Made by a program: the position numbers and the translations under genes
Source of the DNA: Phaeosaccion multiseriatum
Lineage: Eukaryota > Protista > Ochrophyta, other classes
DNA length: 64,000 nt
Direction of reading: 5' to 3'
Assembly (NCBI GenBank): GCA_965112735.1
Contig: OZ218955.1
Span: 3,038,001 to 3,102,000 of the forward strand
Part shown: positions 1 through 34,298 of the stretch, piece by piece
How the letters are laid out: each line of letters begins with the position of its first letter
How positions within the stretch are numbered: the stretch's first letter is position 1
Notes under the pieces: model-generated
The model's input: the letters and a program-made list of their open reading frames with translations, nothing else
Told to the model about the DNA's origin: nothing
Database searches by the model: none

Positions 1-17328
<17,328 letters not shown>

Positions 17329-17919
17329 GCAGTTGGTGATACAGCATCAGCCCTCTCCAGGCCCAGAGCCCTCTGCAGGCCCAGAGTGAGCGGAAGGAGG
17401 GAGGGGAGGGGGCAGAGGTGTCGCACTTGTGCATATCGTCGAGAGAAACTGTAGATACCGTAAATACATGCGCATACTTAGAAAAGAGTGGAGTGTTTCC
17501 TTTAGTCTCCATAACAGAGGTGAGTAGTAGGAAAGGAAGCGGGAGGCGGATCACCACGGAGGCCTCTTGCAAATCGGAGGCCTTCATTCTTCCCGAGGGG
17601 ATCCACCCAGAAGAGGTTCCGCGCTTAGCTTAGCTTGGGAAGTCACTCGTAACGCCTTAGTGAGCAAAGCCACAGTGCACGCCCATCTGCCGCAATACCT
17701 CAAGAGCCTGGGATTGGGATATACCATATGCCTCTACCACGCGAAGCAAATCAAGGCTGCCTCTGTCGCCCTTCCTCGCTAGCAGAGCCCCCTAATCGTA
17801 GAGGATGAGGCAGAGGATGGAGAGCAACAGGATGCTTTCATGGTTAGGTATCATGTCCTGAACATGCCTGTCGGAGTTAGCCCCTCGCAAGACCTCACCG
17901 CCGACGAGACTTCTTTTGT

Positions 17920-18056
17920 TCATCCGATAGACATGACGTCGTCAGCGTCGTCCCCCACGAAGAAGTTAGCCCTGCTGGCCGACTCAGCGGAGTCCAAGTC
18001 CTCACTGCCGGCTTCCTCCAATGGCAAGTCCGGCGTCGTCTTGAGGAACGACCACG

Positions 18057-18118
<62 letters not shown>

Positions 18119-19615
18119 CCGTTTCCCCCTTTCTTCGACTCATCAAGGATCCCGCCCAGGAGAAAGGACCCCGCCGCATCACCGGAAATGGAGTCGTCGG
18201 GAGAGTCTCGTTGCGACCACGGAACCCTCTCCCAAGGGTACTCGTCCACGGCGACAAATCGAGCGTCCCAGTCCTCTTCCGTCCAGTCCGGCGCCATGGA
18301 GCGGGAGAGGGCAGTGAGCCCGAGGCGGGACGCTGCGGCAGTGGCCGCGGGGCATCCATCTGCAGGAAGGCCGAGCTCCGAGCACTCCCCAGGGGGGTTG
18401 CTGTAAGGGAACAAGATGAGGGGAATTTAGGGTCACATAGCTAGGGAGTTCCGGTGAAGGGTGCATTTTGCGAGGCAAGCGAAACGAAAAGGAGAGAGAG
18501 GCAAGAGACAAGAGAGACCGGGAGCGCAAGCGACAAACGGCCTTTTTCCGCGTGATGACTGGACTGGCCTCAGGCGGCGAAGAGCTCCCCCATTCTGTTT
18601 TCTGTAACGCGAGGGGACTTGAACACTGCTCCTCACCATGCGCTCTCCTCTCCTGAGATACAGCACGATGTGGTAGAGCCATCGGTGGTACTGTAGGGGC
18701 CGTACACCTGAGGTAGGGGGAAGAACGAGCACGAGGTTGAGAGGGTCTTGCTTTGTGCCTGTGATACTAGTATACTGTAATTGACGGACGGGAAATTTGG
18801 CTGTCGTCGTTAGTAAACCGTTAATAAACGCGCCAGCGTACAGCAAAGCGACACGACCAGGTAGAGGGAGAGGGGTTTCCGCACCGGCGCTTGGCAGGCC
18901 CGTGCGGTTTCGCAAGTTACTCGGGAGTGGCCCTGGGCACTGATGGAAGAGCAAGAAGCTTCGCCGCTACACACCGCACTCGCGCAGCAAGACGACGGCT
19001 CGGAGTCCTGTCCTCCATGCACCAGAGAGTCGCACAGATGAATGCGCTGAGGAGAGTGGAGCACGAGACGCGCGAGAAGCAAAGAGCTCAGGAGGAGGCA
19101 GCAGCGAGGAGGACGGGGCAGCATGGCGAATGGGAGAGAGGGAGAAGGGGGCCAATGGTTCGACTACTCCTCGTCTCACTCACCATGCAACTGTTACGTC
19201 CCCGGCACACGGCTACGGACTGGTCCAGCAGAGCTGCGCTATAGCATGCAAAAGCGTCCTCGCACACCACACTCGAAGCCCCGCTGAAGGTGGTCAGGTG
19301 GCAGCTCTCCTCCCCGTTGCAGACCACTTTGCAGTTCTCAAATCTCTTGATAGAGGTTCCCCACGCGTAGCCGCAGGCATTGGAATCTGCCCCCTCCGCA
19401 GTGGGTAGGGAGACATCGGAGCAGACGAAGGGTCGATCGTCTGTGGGGTCGCAGATGCACGTTTCGACACCAGTAGCGCCAGTCTTCAAGTCTCCCCGGT
19501 AGGCGATAGCATCTCCTGTGAAGCCCACGCACGCCTCTTTGAAGCTCAGGCTGCTACCTCCCCCGCTGAGGAGGACAAGGCCCAGCGCTGACAGCCGCGT
19601 CTCAGAGTCAAGCAT
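17920..19615 (-). CDS. Cys-rich, probably secreted protein with an acidic poly-Asp C-terminal tail, ~381 aa. Exons: 19615-19184, 19046-18885, 18707-18637, 18400-17920
   Basis: Four exons join through canonical GT-AG sites with consistent phase (1146 nt). Hydrophobic N-terminus LSALGLVLL. Repeats VVCNGEESC, VVCEDAFAC, AVCRGRNSC, AVCSGEASC, VTCETARAC. About 20 consecutive Asp near the C-terminus. Confidence 0.75.
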
Positions 19616-20138
19616 CGTCCGGGCCTCGTTTGGTTTGGAGCTTGATGTGCAGGCCGGGAGTGGAAGAGAGCGACTTCAAGGGCCGAGCGTGGAAATAAAA
19701 CCAACCCTGGTTCCCCTCTGTGCTTCTCTAACAAAGACAGAGAGTCCTCGCGACGTGGTACTGTGGCGAATGTTGCTACAACTAAGAGGTAGCACGGCGA
19801 AAAGGAAAGGAGAAGCGCAGTTGCAGTGAGCCCTCCCTGAGCTCCCTCAGCGGGTACAAAGAAACTCGCTAGCTAGCGCTGCCTGAGAGAAATAATCACC
19901 TTTGCCTGCTCCAAAGTGCCTAGTTGGTCATGCGGGGTTGCATCCTTGTCAGGGGGGGGGGGGGGAGCAATGGCGGCTCTCGAGAGAGAAGGAGGCAGAG
20001 AGTGTGGGGGGTGGGTGATGGGTGGCAGCAGAAGTGCCCGTGAGTAAGAACCTTAGCGCCAATATCTTATTATCGATTATTATTGTCAATTAGCGCGGGC
20101 CACCCCCCCTAGACATTCTCACACACTTTGGCACAGAG

Positions 20139-22029
20139 ATGCACAACGGCCTTGCCTTGGCTGTGCTCTTGCTGGCCTGCTACAGTCACTTGCGCATGTG
20201 TGTGGGCCTTCCAGCGTGGAATAGCACAGCCTATCCCCACATCTACGGCCACCGGCACGGCGCTGCAGACTTGGTCGCATCAGGCCCTAACGTGCTCTTC
20301 GCCAGCTACTACGATGCCCACAGTGAGGCGGCCGCACCCAGCGGCTTCTCCCAGACCCCGTATCTTGCTTCACACTGCGACGGCCTAGGAGGTGTGTCCA
20401 CCCAGAAGCGCGGGAGCCCTGACCTGTGTGTCCACCCAGAAGGGCGCCTTGAAGGGCTCCCGCGCTACCGCCCAGGATTTTTTCTTTTTTTAATGCTCAC
20501 TCGACACTACTAGGCATCGCAGTACGGATACGACGCGATTATTGACACGAATCAATACCACGAGGAGCTGACGTGGCCGTTGGACGAGCTTGGAACGAGA
20601 GGTGAGGAGAGGATTTGTGAGCGCGTCACCAGCCAGGTGGCTACGCAGCGCAGTCAGACGAGGACTGAATCTGATCCCCCCTTTCTCTCTCTCTCTCTGG
20701 CTGCATCCCTCTTTCAATCGCCATCGCTCTGGTTCTCTCTTTCTCCATCTCCCTCTTCCCCCCCTGCCTTCTCTCCGTATTGCTCCATTGACGCTCTGTC
20801 GATCCCGCCCCCTCAGAGCCGCTCCCTCCCCACTTCAACAAAGTGGCGGGGCTCCGAAAGTACCTTCCCCACTACGACTGGATTCTGCAGTTAGATCACG
20901 ACCAGTGGCTCACGGGCCGGGACAGAAGAGAGGAGGACTTCCTGGATGAGTTCGAGCGCCAAGGCGCAAATGTACATCTCTTTGTGCCCATGGCTGGATC
21001 TGGCTTTACCGCCCGAGATCAGCCAAGTGAGATGCCATCTTAGCACACGCACGATCCCTGCTGCCTGGACGTGCGTGGCGAGACGCCTGAGCACTCTCCA
21101 CCCTCTCCTGTGCTGCTGAGCTGAGCGATCCGGCCCCGCCGGCGCTGCCCCGCTTCCCCCTCTGCTCGCTTCGATAGGTAGCTACTCCTTCAGCAACTAC
21201 GCATTCCTTTTGCGAGGCTCGGACTTCGGAGAGCGCCTGCTCGACACGTGGTGGAAGTGGGGCGTGGAGGAGGCGGGCTGTAGGTACAGGCACGTGATCG
21301 AGAAGCGGCTCCTCTGGGACGAGGCGACCAGGTATGACAGAGGTGGGAATGGCCTCTCACTCGTCGATAAAGTGTTGCTTGTCTCCCTTTCCCTTCCCGG
21401 CCCTTCCGTCCTTCCGTCCTTCCTTCCTCCCCATGCGGCGGTCTCTCTCTTTTCCTCTCCTGAGTGTTTTCGCTTCGACTCGTCTGCCCTTCTGTCTGCT
21501 CTTTGTCTTGGCCTGGCGACGACAGGGCTGGATGTGGTACGCAATGGTGGTAATGTACGGCGAGCGAGTGGAGGGGGCTGCCCATGAGCGCCATCCCCTG
21601 CCTCGATCAGTGCACCAGTTCGATAAGCCTGATGACATGCATTGACAAGACTTTCAAGGTAGGATCAAGTCCGCCGTGGGACTCACACTTTCTTCCGGGG
21701 GGGAAGGCAATAAACTCACGTCTTGGCAGAGTGACTTGCTTTTCATGCGAGCCGCTTGCTTCTTGTTGCTTATCCTGTCCCGCCTTTGTATACCGCCGCC
21801 CCCTGGGGATTGGGGGTCCCGATCTTCGCCTCGCTCATCGCCTCGTCCTGCTTACCTGCCTGCTGATGGTCAGACCGAGCACTACTACCAGCAGGGCCAC
21901 ACGGGCCCCTCCCTCAAGGGAGTAGGCCCTTTTATCTTCAGCGCCCGCACCAACACCGGGGAGTCAGGGCTCGGCTTGGAGACGAATTGGGCCCTGCCTC
22001 GAAAGAAGGACCCCAAAGGTGTTAGCTAA
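20139..22029 (+). pseudogene. GT34/GMA12-MNN10-like (GT-A fold) glycosyltransferase with frame disruptions. Approximate exons: 20139-20391, 20514-20601, 20817-21026, 21178-21331, 21526-21658, 21874-22029
   Basis: Signal or anchor-like N-terminus. Motifs ASQYGYD, HFNKVAGLRKYLPHYDWILQLDHD (DxD), FSNYAFLLRGSDFGERLLDTWW, DQGWMW. There is a phase mismatch at intron 1, a missing base near 21323 and an extra G near 21573-21577. Confidence 0.65.
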
Positions 22030-22396
22030 GATGCTGGAGGAGCACGCCTTCTCCATGCACGCCAAGCCACCCAGCAACCCCTGCTCGTAGCTATCGCTCT
22101 GCGCATTGTGCTCGGCGAGATGGTTCCTCATTGCCTGAAGGAGCGCTGTTCTTTCACGCGCCTCGATCCGGATGCGCTCGCAGCTGCAGCCAGGAGAGGG
22201 GAGAAAGGGGGCCCAGCAGGGGGGCTCGGCTTTCGGGGCGACAGCCAGTGACTTGCCGGGCCACGCCACTGCCACTGCAGTAGACGGGTAAAGACGGGAA
22301 TGAGGCGATTATTTGATTATTTAGTAGCAAGGGGGGCGCCCACCTTGCTCAAGGGGAAGGAGGAAACTGTATTTTAATTAATTTTTGCGAGACCTT

Positions 22397-22598
22397 CGCG
22401 AGGGAGTCGATGAGCCCCCCCGCCTTTCCCTCGGACTGGTGCTCCCTTAAAAATTGGATGAAAATCCACCCCAAACAATGTCCACCCCAAACAAGACAAG
22501 GCATGGGTAATGTCTGTTTGGGGTGTACAATTTCAGACAATTTGTAAGAGGAGCATCAGTCCGAGGGAAAGGCGGGGGGGCTCATCGACTCCCTCGCG
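22397..22598. repeat. 202-bp foldback (inverted repeat with ~60-bp near-perfect outer arms), MITE-like or hairpin RNA
   Basis: CGCGAGGGAGTCGATGAGCCCCCCCGCCTTTCCCTCGGACTG at 22397 is the reverse complement of CAGTCCGAGGGAAAGGCGGGGGGGCTCATCGACTCCCTCGCG ending at 22598. The inner CACCCCAAACA/TGTTTGGGGTG also pair. Confidence 0.85.
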
Positions 22599-22689
22599 GG
22601 GCTGTTGGCCGCTTACCGCCGGGGGGCAGACGCGGGAGAAAAAGTCGAGTGCCTGAAGAGGGTAATGCATGCTGGAGTCGTCGAGTACT

Positions 22690-23730
22690 ACTCGTCCAGC
22701 GGGACGCAGATGGATGCCTTGTCCCCACCATGAAAAAGTTGTCCTCGAGGCTGGTGACATACACAGCCCGCTGCGGCGACGTCCATCCTTTAGCTTGTAC
22801 ACACTTTGACGAGGCATGCCATGCGCAAAGAGGCTGCCGATGGTCCTCTCCAAGGTTGTGGAAGAGGTGGACATACACGTCACGTTGGGCGTACCCCCCC
22901 CACTTCAGACTGGCGGCTTGGCGTCGAGGCCCTGAAGTAGGGAGTTTGCCAAGTAGGCAACCCTTTCTCTTGATCCTTTGCCGCCTGGAGTGCTACCTTG
23001 ATGAACTCAGTCTGCGCTGGTGGTCTATTCTTCGTCCCAAACCCTCCCCCACCACAACCGCCCCCCTCCTCGCCCGTATTACCATCCTCCTCGTCCTCAT
23101 CCTCGTCGTTTTCACCCCTGTTGGCACAAAAAAAGATGTAGAAAGGGGGCGAGAACAACCGGGGGAAGAAAGTGTGTCAAGGTATGTACAGAAAGGGCGG
23201 CCCGAGAGGGGGGTGGGGGGGGGGGGGCGTCGACAGGAGCAGCCAGGCATCAAGAAGGAAGAGGCGATAATTGAGAACGTACCGCTTAGACGTGCGACCA
23301 AGGGGCGGCGAAGAAAACCCTACGAAGTGGTCACCACTTGCACTATCTACCCTATCTGCGCTCGAAGACATGTCACAGCCCTTCTTCTTTCGCTTCTCTT
23401 CCTGCTCCGCTGGGAGAGGAAATCTTCATCAATTCCTTTTATAGCTGCACGAATCAACCGCAGCTTCTCGCTTATTTCCTTCACGGGCCGGCCTCGTCCT
23501 CCTCCAATAAGCAATCCCCTTCCTGGTTTGCAATTGTTTCCGCGTCTCCTCTTGTGCTGCAGCGATTGTTGCAAGCTCAGCCTCCACTCTCGCTTGAGTG
23601 CCAGTTTTCGAAGCGGTCGCTGGTTGTGCCGCCGCAGCGGCTGCATCTGCCAGAGCACCGGCTTGCGTCCAAGTCTCGTCGTCCCAATCACTGGCGCTGT
23701 CATCGTCGTCGTGCGCTTTTACACTCTACA
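22690..23730 (-). mobile_element. Decayed, frameshifted ORF resembling the DUF6729-type region of DNA transposases
   Basis: Joining frames across a G run at 22894-22901 gives YAQRDVYVHLFHNLGEDHRQPLCAWHASSKCVQAKGWTSPQRAVYVTSLEDNFFMVGTR. This resembles the Y..VFVW.P...C...GW...R.V....YYL...RY.C pattern as recalled, not searched. Upstream acidic and coiled-coil segments are broken by further frameshifts. Confidence 0.4.
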
Positions 23731-23993
23731 AGGAGCGATGGCACTCCACGTCTCCCAGTTTTAGTTTCAAGTATTAGCCCACGCTCATTTCGATCGCAGC
23801 ATTGAAGAGAGAAGAAGGGGGAGAACAGGGAACCATGCTTTCCTCTGTGTGCCGCGGCCGTGGGGCGGCGTCTCGCTCATCAGCTCTCTGGAGAGGGGCA
23901 GTAGCTCGGCATCAGGAGAAGGCAGGCGAAGGATCACGACAAGGGTCAAGAGGGGGGGAAGCAGCAACGCCAACGCAAGGAAGCTCTCGATCC

Positions 23994-29478
<5,485 letters not shown>

Positions 29479-29858
29479 GGGGCGTGTTTGGCACAGTAGT
29501 TGGTGATACAGCAGCAGCCGGAGGATGAGGAGGAGGGGGGAGGGGGGAGAAAGAGAGGATGGAAGGGGCAATAGCAACAGCTGCAGCAGCAAGCAAGCCA
29601 GATGAGGAGGAGAGGATGGAAGCAGCAGCAGCAGCAGCAGCAGCAGGGGACCGGCGGCATGGCAGGGGTGCGGGGCTGTGCGGAGGGAGGGGTGGATGGA
29701 GGCATACGGGTGGTTGATGGCCCGGACTCGTAGTGTTTTTGCTTACTTACGTAAGGCGCCGTATTATAAGATAAGATTGGTGCGTTTAGTAAAATGGTGA
29801 GGGCCTTGTTTCCTTTCTAGTCTCCTTCTCCCCCCACCCCCTTCGAGCCTCGTGTGCA

Positions 29859-31943
29859 TCAGGCACTGCTCTTGGCCTTCTTCAAAGAGGGCCCCTCCTC
29901 ATCGCCATCTTCAGCCCCCTCCGCTTCTCCTCCTCCTCCCGTACCCTTCCCCTCCTGCAGCACAAAGCCGTACTCGCTCATCGACGCCTTCACCTTCCTC
30001 GACAGGCCCTCCAAGCAGAAGAACTCCGCGGCCTGCAGAGCCTGCTTCGCTCTGATCTCGTCAAACAGCTTTGCACACTCTTCCCTCACTCCACCACCAC
30101 TGCTGCTGCTCTCCTTCCCTTCTCCGCTGCCATTGCTGCTCGTGCCTCTCTTTCTCTTCCTTGCCGATCCAGGTCTCCTCGTCAGCAGCTCCTCCACGCT
30201 GCCCGTGGTGACGAACTTCACCACGGCCTCGAAGCCCTCCTCCGTAAAGTTCACTCCGTCGTACTCGAGCTCAATCTCCTTCTTCTTGTCCTTTCCCTTT
30301 CCTTTCTTGCCGCTCTTGTACCCATACTTGGCAGGGTCCAGTATGGTGGGGAGAATACCTGCTGCAGAAGAGCTATTACCAGCGCTCTTCGTCCCTTCCC
30401 CTCCTCCTGTCCCCCCTCCCTCTCTGACCTTCGCCATCAGCTGCTCCACCAAGGGAATATTCAAGCTGTACTGCTTCCCTCCCCTCTCCCCGGTAGCCTT
30501 GTTCACCAGCCGTACCTGCACCACATCGTCCGTCTTCTCATCGTCACCGTCGGCAGTCACGGTATAGTGCTCAGCTACAGTGTCGAATCTGTCAGAGAGA
30601 GCATTCTTCTCCTCCCTGCCTTTGCTAAGGAATGTGGCAATGACACCACCGAACCCCTTCTCTCCTGCCAAAGCGATGACCTCCCCATCGACCGCAGCGA
30701 CCATCTTCAGCAGGAATGCAGCCACCTTCTCGCGGGCCTCGTGGCTTCCTGGCTCAGCTTCGTAATCTCCAAGTATCTGTGACAAGGCTTGTTCATCAGG
30801 ATGCATGCAGGCCATCAAGGGACTTTGGCCCGTGTTGGTCAGAGCACCGATCTCAGCCCCAGCCTCCACAAGCAGATAAGACAGCTCCATGCTGCCCAGA
30901 GCTGCGGCCATGTGTAGAGGTGTCATGGCAGTCGTACTCTTCACCTTGACTGAGGCACCAGCTTGTATCAGCTCAGACGCGATCTTCACACGCCCCATTG
31001 CGACCGCATCGAAGAGGGGGGTACGGCCCTCATCATCCTGTAAGTCGAGAGAGACGCCGAGGCGCATAAGCTCCTTTACACAAGCCAATCTTCCGTCGAA
31101 GCATGCATTATGAAGCGGTGTGGTCATGTTGTCATCTCTAGCATCAAGCTGCAACCCACTCTCCAGCAGAAGAGGCAAGCACTGCACATTGCCGTTCCCT
31201 GCGGCGAGGTGCAGGAGGGTCGCATCGCCATACTGCGTCTTGATTTGCGCGTTGGCACCGCCCTTCAGCAGCAGATACAAGGCCTCTGCCCGTCCTCCAT
31301 TCTTCTCACCACCACCTTTGCAGCACGCCTGGGCTGCCGTGTCACCGTCTTCATCTCTCTCATTCGGCTTTGCTCCGGCCTTCAGCAACGCTTCCACTCC
31401 CTCAGGACTACCAGCAATGGCTGCCTGGTGTAGGGCCTCGCTGCCCTCCACTTCCGCGCCATGCCTCATCAAGTACCTCAAAATCAGGGGGTGGTCACCT
31501 CCAGCAGCAAAGGTCAATGCGGTTGCGACCGCACCACTCTTCTCATTGACATTTGCACCTGCTCCCACGAGTCCCTTCACCAAGTCAAAGTGACCCCTGT
31601 CTGCAGCTCGCTGAAGAGGCGTCCGGCGGCCAGTAACAGCGAGGACGTTCCCACTCATGGTGTCAATATCCAGCCCGCACTTCTGCAGCAGCTTGACGCT
31701 CCCCAGCATATTCACGCCCTTCTCCTCCAGGCACCGTGTCTTCTTGATCTTGTCCATGTCGGCCAGGGCATGGAGAGGAGTGTAGCCCTCCTTTGTGAAG
31801 TGCTTCAGGTCCAAACTGATTAGCGCGGCTTTGAGCAGGAGAAGGAGGTGCTCCGTGCTGCTGGCCCCGCCCGAAGCCTCCCACTCCTTCGTTCCCTCAT
31901 ACCACTCGTCCACAAACCGAACAGTATCCTCAGGAGATGGCAT
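29859..31943 (-). CDS. Intronless ankyrin-repeat protein with a C-terminal degenerate BTB/POZ-like domain, 694 aa (paralogue 1)
   Basis: About 10 ankyrin repeats (TPLH, TPLQ, TLLHLAA.NG). C-terminal IELEYDGVNFTEEGFEAVVKFVTTGSV...ALQAAEFFCLEGL resembles BTB helices. Basic NLS-like RKRKR and KKAK. Confidence 0.88.
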   Translation of the reverse strand: MPSPEDTVRFVDEWYEGTKEWEASGGASSTEHLLLLLKAALISLDLKHFTKEGYTPLHALADMDKIKKTRCLEEKGVNMLGSVKLLQKCGLDIDTMSGNVLAVTGRRTPLQRAADRGHFDLVKGLVGAGANVNEKSGAVATALTFAAGGDHPLILRYLMRHGAEVEGSEALHQAAIAGSPEGVEALLKAGAKPNERDEDGDTAAQACCKGGGEKNGGRAEALYLLLKGGANAQIKTQYGDATLLHLAAGNGNVQCLPLLLESGLQLDARDDNMTTPLHNACFDGRLACVKELMRLGVSLDLQDDEGRTPLFDAVAMGRVKIASELIQAGASVKVKSTTAMTPLHMAAALGSMELSYLLVEAGAEIGALTNTGQSPLMACMHPDEQALSQILGDYEAEPGSHEAREKVAAFLLKMVAAVDGEVIALAGEKGFGGVIATFLSKGREEKNALSDRFDTVAEHYTVTADGDDEKTDDVVQVRLVNKATGERGGKQYSLNIPLVEQLMAKVREGGGTGGGEGTKSAGNSSSAAGILPTILDPAKYGYKSGKKGKGKDKKKEIELEYDGVNFTEEGFEAVVKFVTTGSVEELLTRRPGSARKRKRGTSSNGSGEGKESSSSGGGVREECAKLFDEIRAKQALQAAEFFCLEGLSRKVKASMSEYGFVLQEGKGTGGGGEAEGAEDGDEEGPSLKKAKSSA

Positions 31944-32203
31944 GCTTCACGAGAAGAGGCAGAAGAGAAGGGCAAGGAATGAAGAGAGAAAAGAGAAAAT
32001 ATAAATATTCAAATCGGATGCCATTTGTGAAGCATGATGCACCAACATGCAAAGAAACCAACTTTTTTGCCCACAAAGATCACAAAGTTTTCGCCCACAA
32101 AAGCAAAAGTAAAAAAATTAACGCGATTAGCGCGCTACAAAGTTCCACGCCACTCTCAGCTTTTCCTGAGGAGCTCGCAATCGGCATCAGTCATAGTAGC
32201 ATC

Positions 32204-33724
32204 ATGGGGGATGTATTGACGCGTACATCGGGCCTCATTTTGGCTCTGGGCCTGCTAGGTCTCCTCCTTGTGACCGTGTCCCGTGTGGCGGAGATGCGAG
32301 AAGTTGCGGTTGCTCCCCCGGCTCGTGGCAGCATCCCAGCTTCGAATAGCAAGAGGCGTGAGCGAGAAGGAGAGCCTTGTGGACCTGACCGTCAACCAGC
32401 ACTGGCAGTAGCAAGGGAGCTCCAGGCTAACACCAACAAGTTGGCACCACTCTCGTTGGACTTTGCGGCCTCCGAAATGTCTCCTTCACTTGAAGCTCTG
32501 TTGACTGCAGCACTTCATGTGCAGGATCTTCCTGTGTGGGACGAGGAGTTGGACTGGGCCGTGGAGGCGGAACGCTGCGAACGATACAATTGGCAACTTG
32601 GCGCGGATCATCGGACCACGCGACGACGGGTCTTTTGGGGCAGCCTCGTCAATGACGACTCGTGGCACATCATGGCAATGCATGCCATGGAAGCATATGG
32701 TATTTACGACACGGCGGCGCTCGTAGAAAGCAATACGACCTTCCTCGGGCACCCACGTGACCTTCGATTTGGGCCGGACTCGACGGAACTGAAGACTTTG
32801 CAAAGCGGCATGTGGGGACCGACCACACGCATTTCAGTCGATACTTATGTCGATCCACCTGCCCAGCCAGGACAGCCCAAGAAGGTAGTTGGTGCGCACA
32901 ATCAAGAAAATGAACAACGAGCATGGATTGAAAAGCGATGGAAGGAGAATGGCATGACACCGGAAGACATTGGTTATTTGGGCGATTTGGACGAAGTGGT
33001 GACTCGTGACATGTTGCGCGCACTCCAAATTTGCGACGTTCCCCAGTTTCGTCCCGGTCAAAGCTGCAAGGACGCAAAGCTGCATGCCTCGACCTTGATA
33101 ATTGAATCCAGCCCCATGTGTGTCATGGAGGGGCGACGATGGTATCATCCCGACGTTATCATCGGAGAATGCATTGATGGGATTGGTGACGAGAGAGAGC
33201 ATGCCCCGCAGACACGCGAGCCTGGGTATTGGGGAGATGCACGCAAAGCAGATTGGGGCAAGGAGAAGAATCGCACGGGCGGGTGGCCGCTGTGGACTGC
33301 TCAAGACTTCCGCATGACAGGAAGCAACCCCCCTCACGAACTGAAGGGACGTGACGGTTTGTACGGCGCATTCCATCTCCACAACTACTTTAGCAGCATC
33401 CAAGTGATGCGCAACAAGTACTTGACGTACGGCCATCCGGTGCACGGGGCCATGGAGAAACCACTAGGGCTAGTTCATGTCGGTGACGTCGACTTTATGG
33501 TGGACTGTGTGATGGATCGGCCCGAGACAAGCAATGAATTCAAGCGCGTGAAGGGTGGCTACTTGCACTTCAGCAAGAGCGATGGGGTGAGTATGATTCC
33601 CGTGGCCTTTCAGCGCGTACCGCACTACCCGAAAATGCGCCACGCTGATCTCCGGCAGATGATCATCGAGGATGAGAAGCTCCACCCCACCAACCAGAGC
33701 CTCATACACCCACCCGGGCCGTAA
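32204..33724 (+). CDS. Intronless type II membrane glycosyltransferase, GT17 (MGAT3/GnT-III)-like, 506 aa
   Basis: N-terminal TM LILALGLLGLLLVTV. Motifs RRVFWGSLVNDDSW, ALVESNTTFLGHPR, ENEQRAWI, DIGYLGDLDEV (DxD), AFHLHNYF. Start placed at the Met preceding the TM, not at 31937. Confidence 0.75.
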   Translation: MGDVLTRTSGLILALGLLGLLLVTVSRVAEMREVAVAPPARGSIPASNSKRREREGEPCGPDRQPALAVARELQANTNKLAPLSLDFAASEMSPSLEALLTAALHVQDLPVWDEELDWAVEAERCERYNWQLGADHRTTRRRVFWGSLVNDDSWHIMAMHAMEAYGIYDTAALVESNTTFLGHPRDLRFGPDSTELKTLQSGMWGPTTRISVDTYVDPPAQPGQPKKVVGAHNQENEQRAWIEKRWKENGMTPEDIGYLGDLDEVVTRDMLRALQICDVPQFRPGQSCKDAKLHASTLIIESSPMCVMEGRRWYHPDVIIGECIDGIGDEREHAPQTREPGYWGDARKADWGKEKNRTGGWPLWTAQDFRMTGSNPPHELKGRDGLYGAFHLHNYFSSIQVMRNKYLTYGHPVHGAMEKPLGLVHVGDVDFMVDCVMDRPETSNEFKRVKGGYLHFSKSDGVSMIPVAFQRVPHYPKMRHADLRQMIIEDEKLHPTNQSLIHPPGP

Positions 33725-34298
33725 GACGACGCAACAAGCATCAGCAGAGCTGCAAGGAATAGTAAGTGATTGTGTCTCATTTTCCGTAGTTATTGCTCTG
33801 TTGTCACCTTTTGGCACCTCGCTTCTGGTTCCATGTTTTGGTCTGGCTGCATACAAGTGAAATTGTTTCTTGCACGCCGCGAGCTACACGCTGCACCTTC
33901 TTGGGTAGGCATTACGATAGCGCGTCTTTGACCGAGCAGCAAGCAATGGGCAATGGCCCATTGTCACTCGAGAATCCAATCGGCCCTTACGTGTCTTACG
34001 TAGTGCTCGGTCTGTACCCCTCCGGGGACAGTGTGTGGCGGGGGCGTGTGGCGTGAGCCGCCCACAGCGACGGAGTGGCTTGTCCTGGGCTCCTTGGTGT
34101 TGCTGCTACTCGCATTCGCTTGCGCGCTCCGAGGAGAGTGGGCAACGAATGGCAGGCAGTCAACGACCGCGAGACTGCCCCCTCTGCAGTCGCGAGGCAG
34201 AGCACTGAGGCAACATGCAAAGTGGGTGTAAGTTGTATTAAAAGTATCTCCCCTTCCTCCTCGCTCGTCCTCCCTCCCACTACGTCAGATGTATGTAT

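Noticed and set aside
17418-18406. Chain of plus-strand ORFs joinable across a TAGCT duplication and a TAG
   Set aside because: No recognisable motif, and the distal part is antisense to the last exon of the Cys-rich gene.
20091-20112. TAGCGCGGGC...CTAG resembling a Helitron 3' end
   Set aside because: The 5' arm of the required hairpin is missing.
20511-20513. In-frame TAG suggesting stop-codon readthrough or an alternative genetic code
   Set aside because: This TAG fits a 3' splice site after a CTCAC branch-like motif, and TAG, TAA and TGA all terminate other genes in the window.
22523-23764. 413-aa plus-strand ORF
   Set aside because: No domain signal. It is antisense to the decayed minus-strand relic and starts inside the foldback.
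31937-32203. N-terminal extension of the 595-aa GT17-like ORF
   Set aside because: A-rich spacer overlapping the ankyrin start. The Met at 32204 directly precedes the signal anchor.
34150-34200. Weak similarity to the reverse complement of 50050-50090 (AVND..APSAV.RQ)
   Set aside because: Too short and gapped to distinguish from chance without a search.
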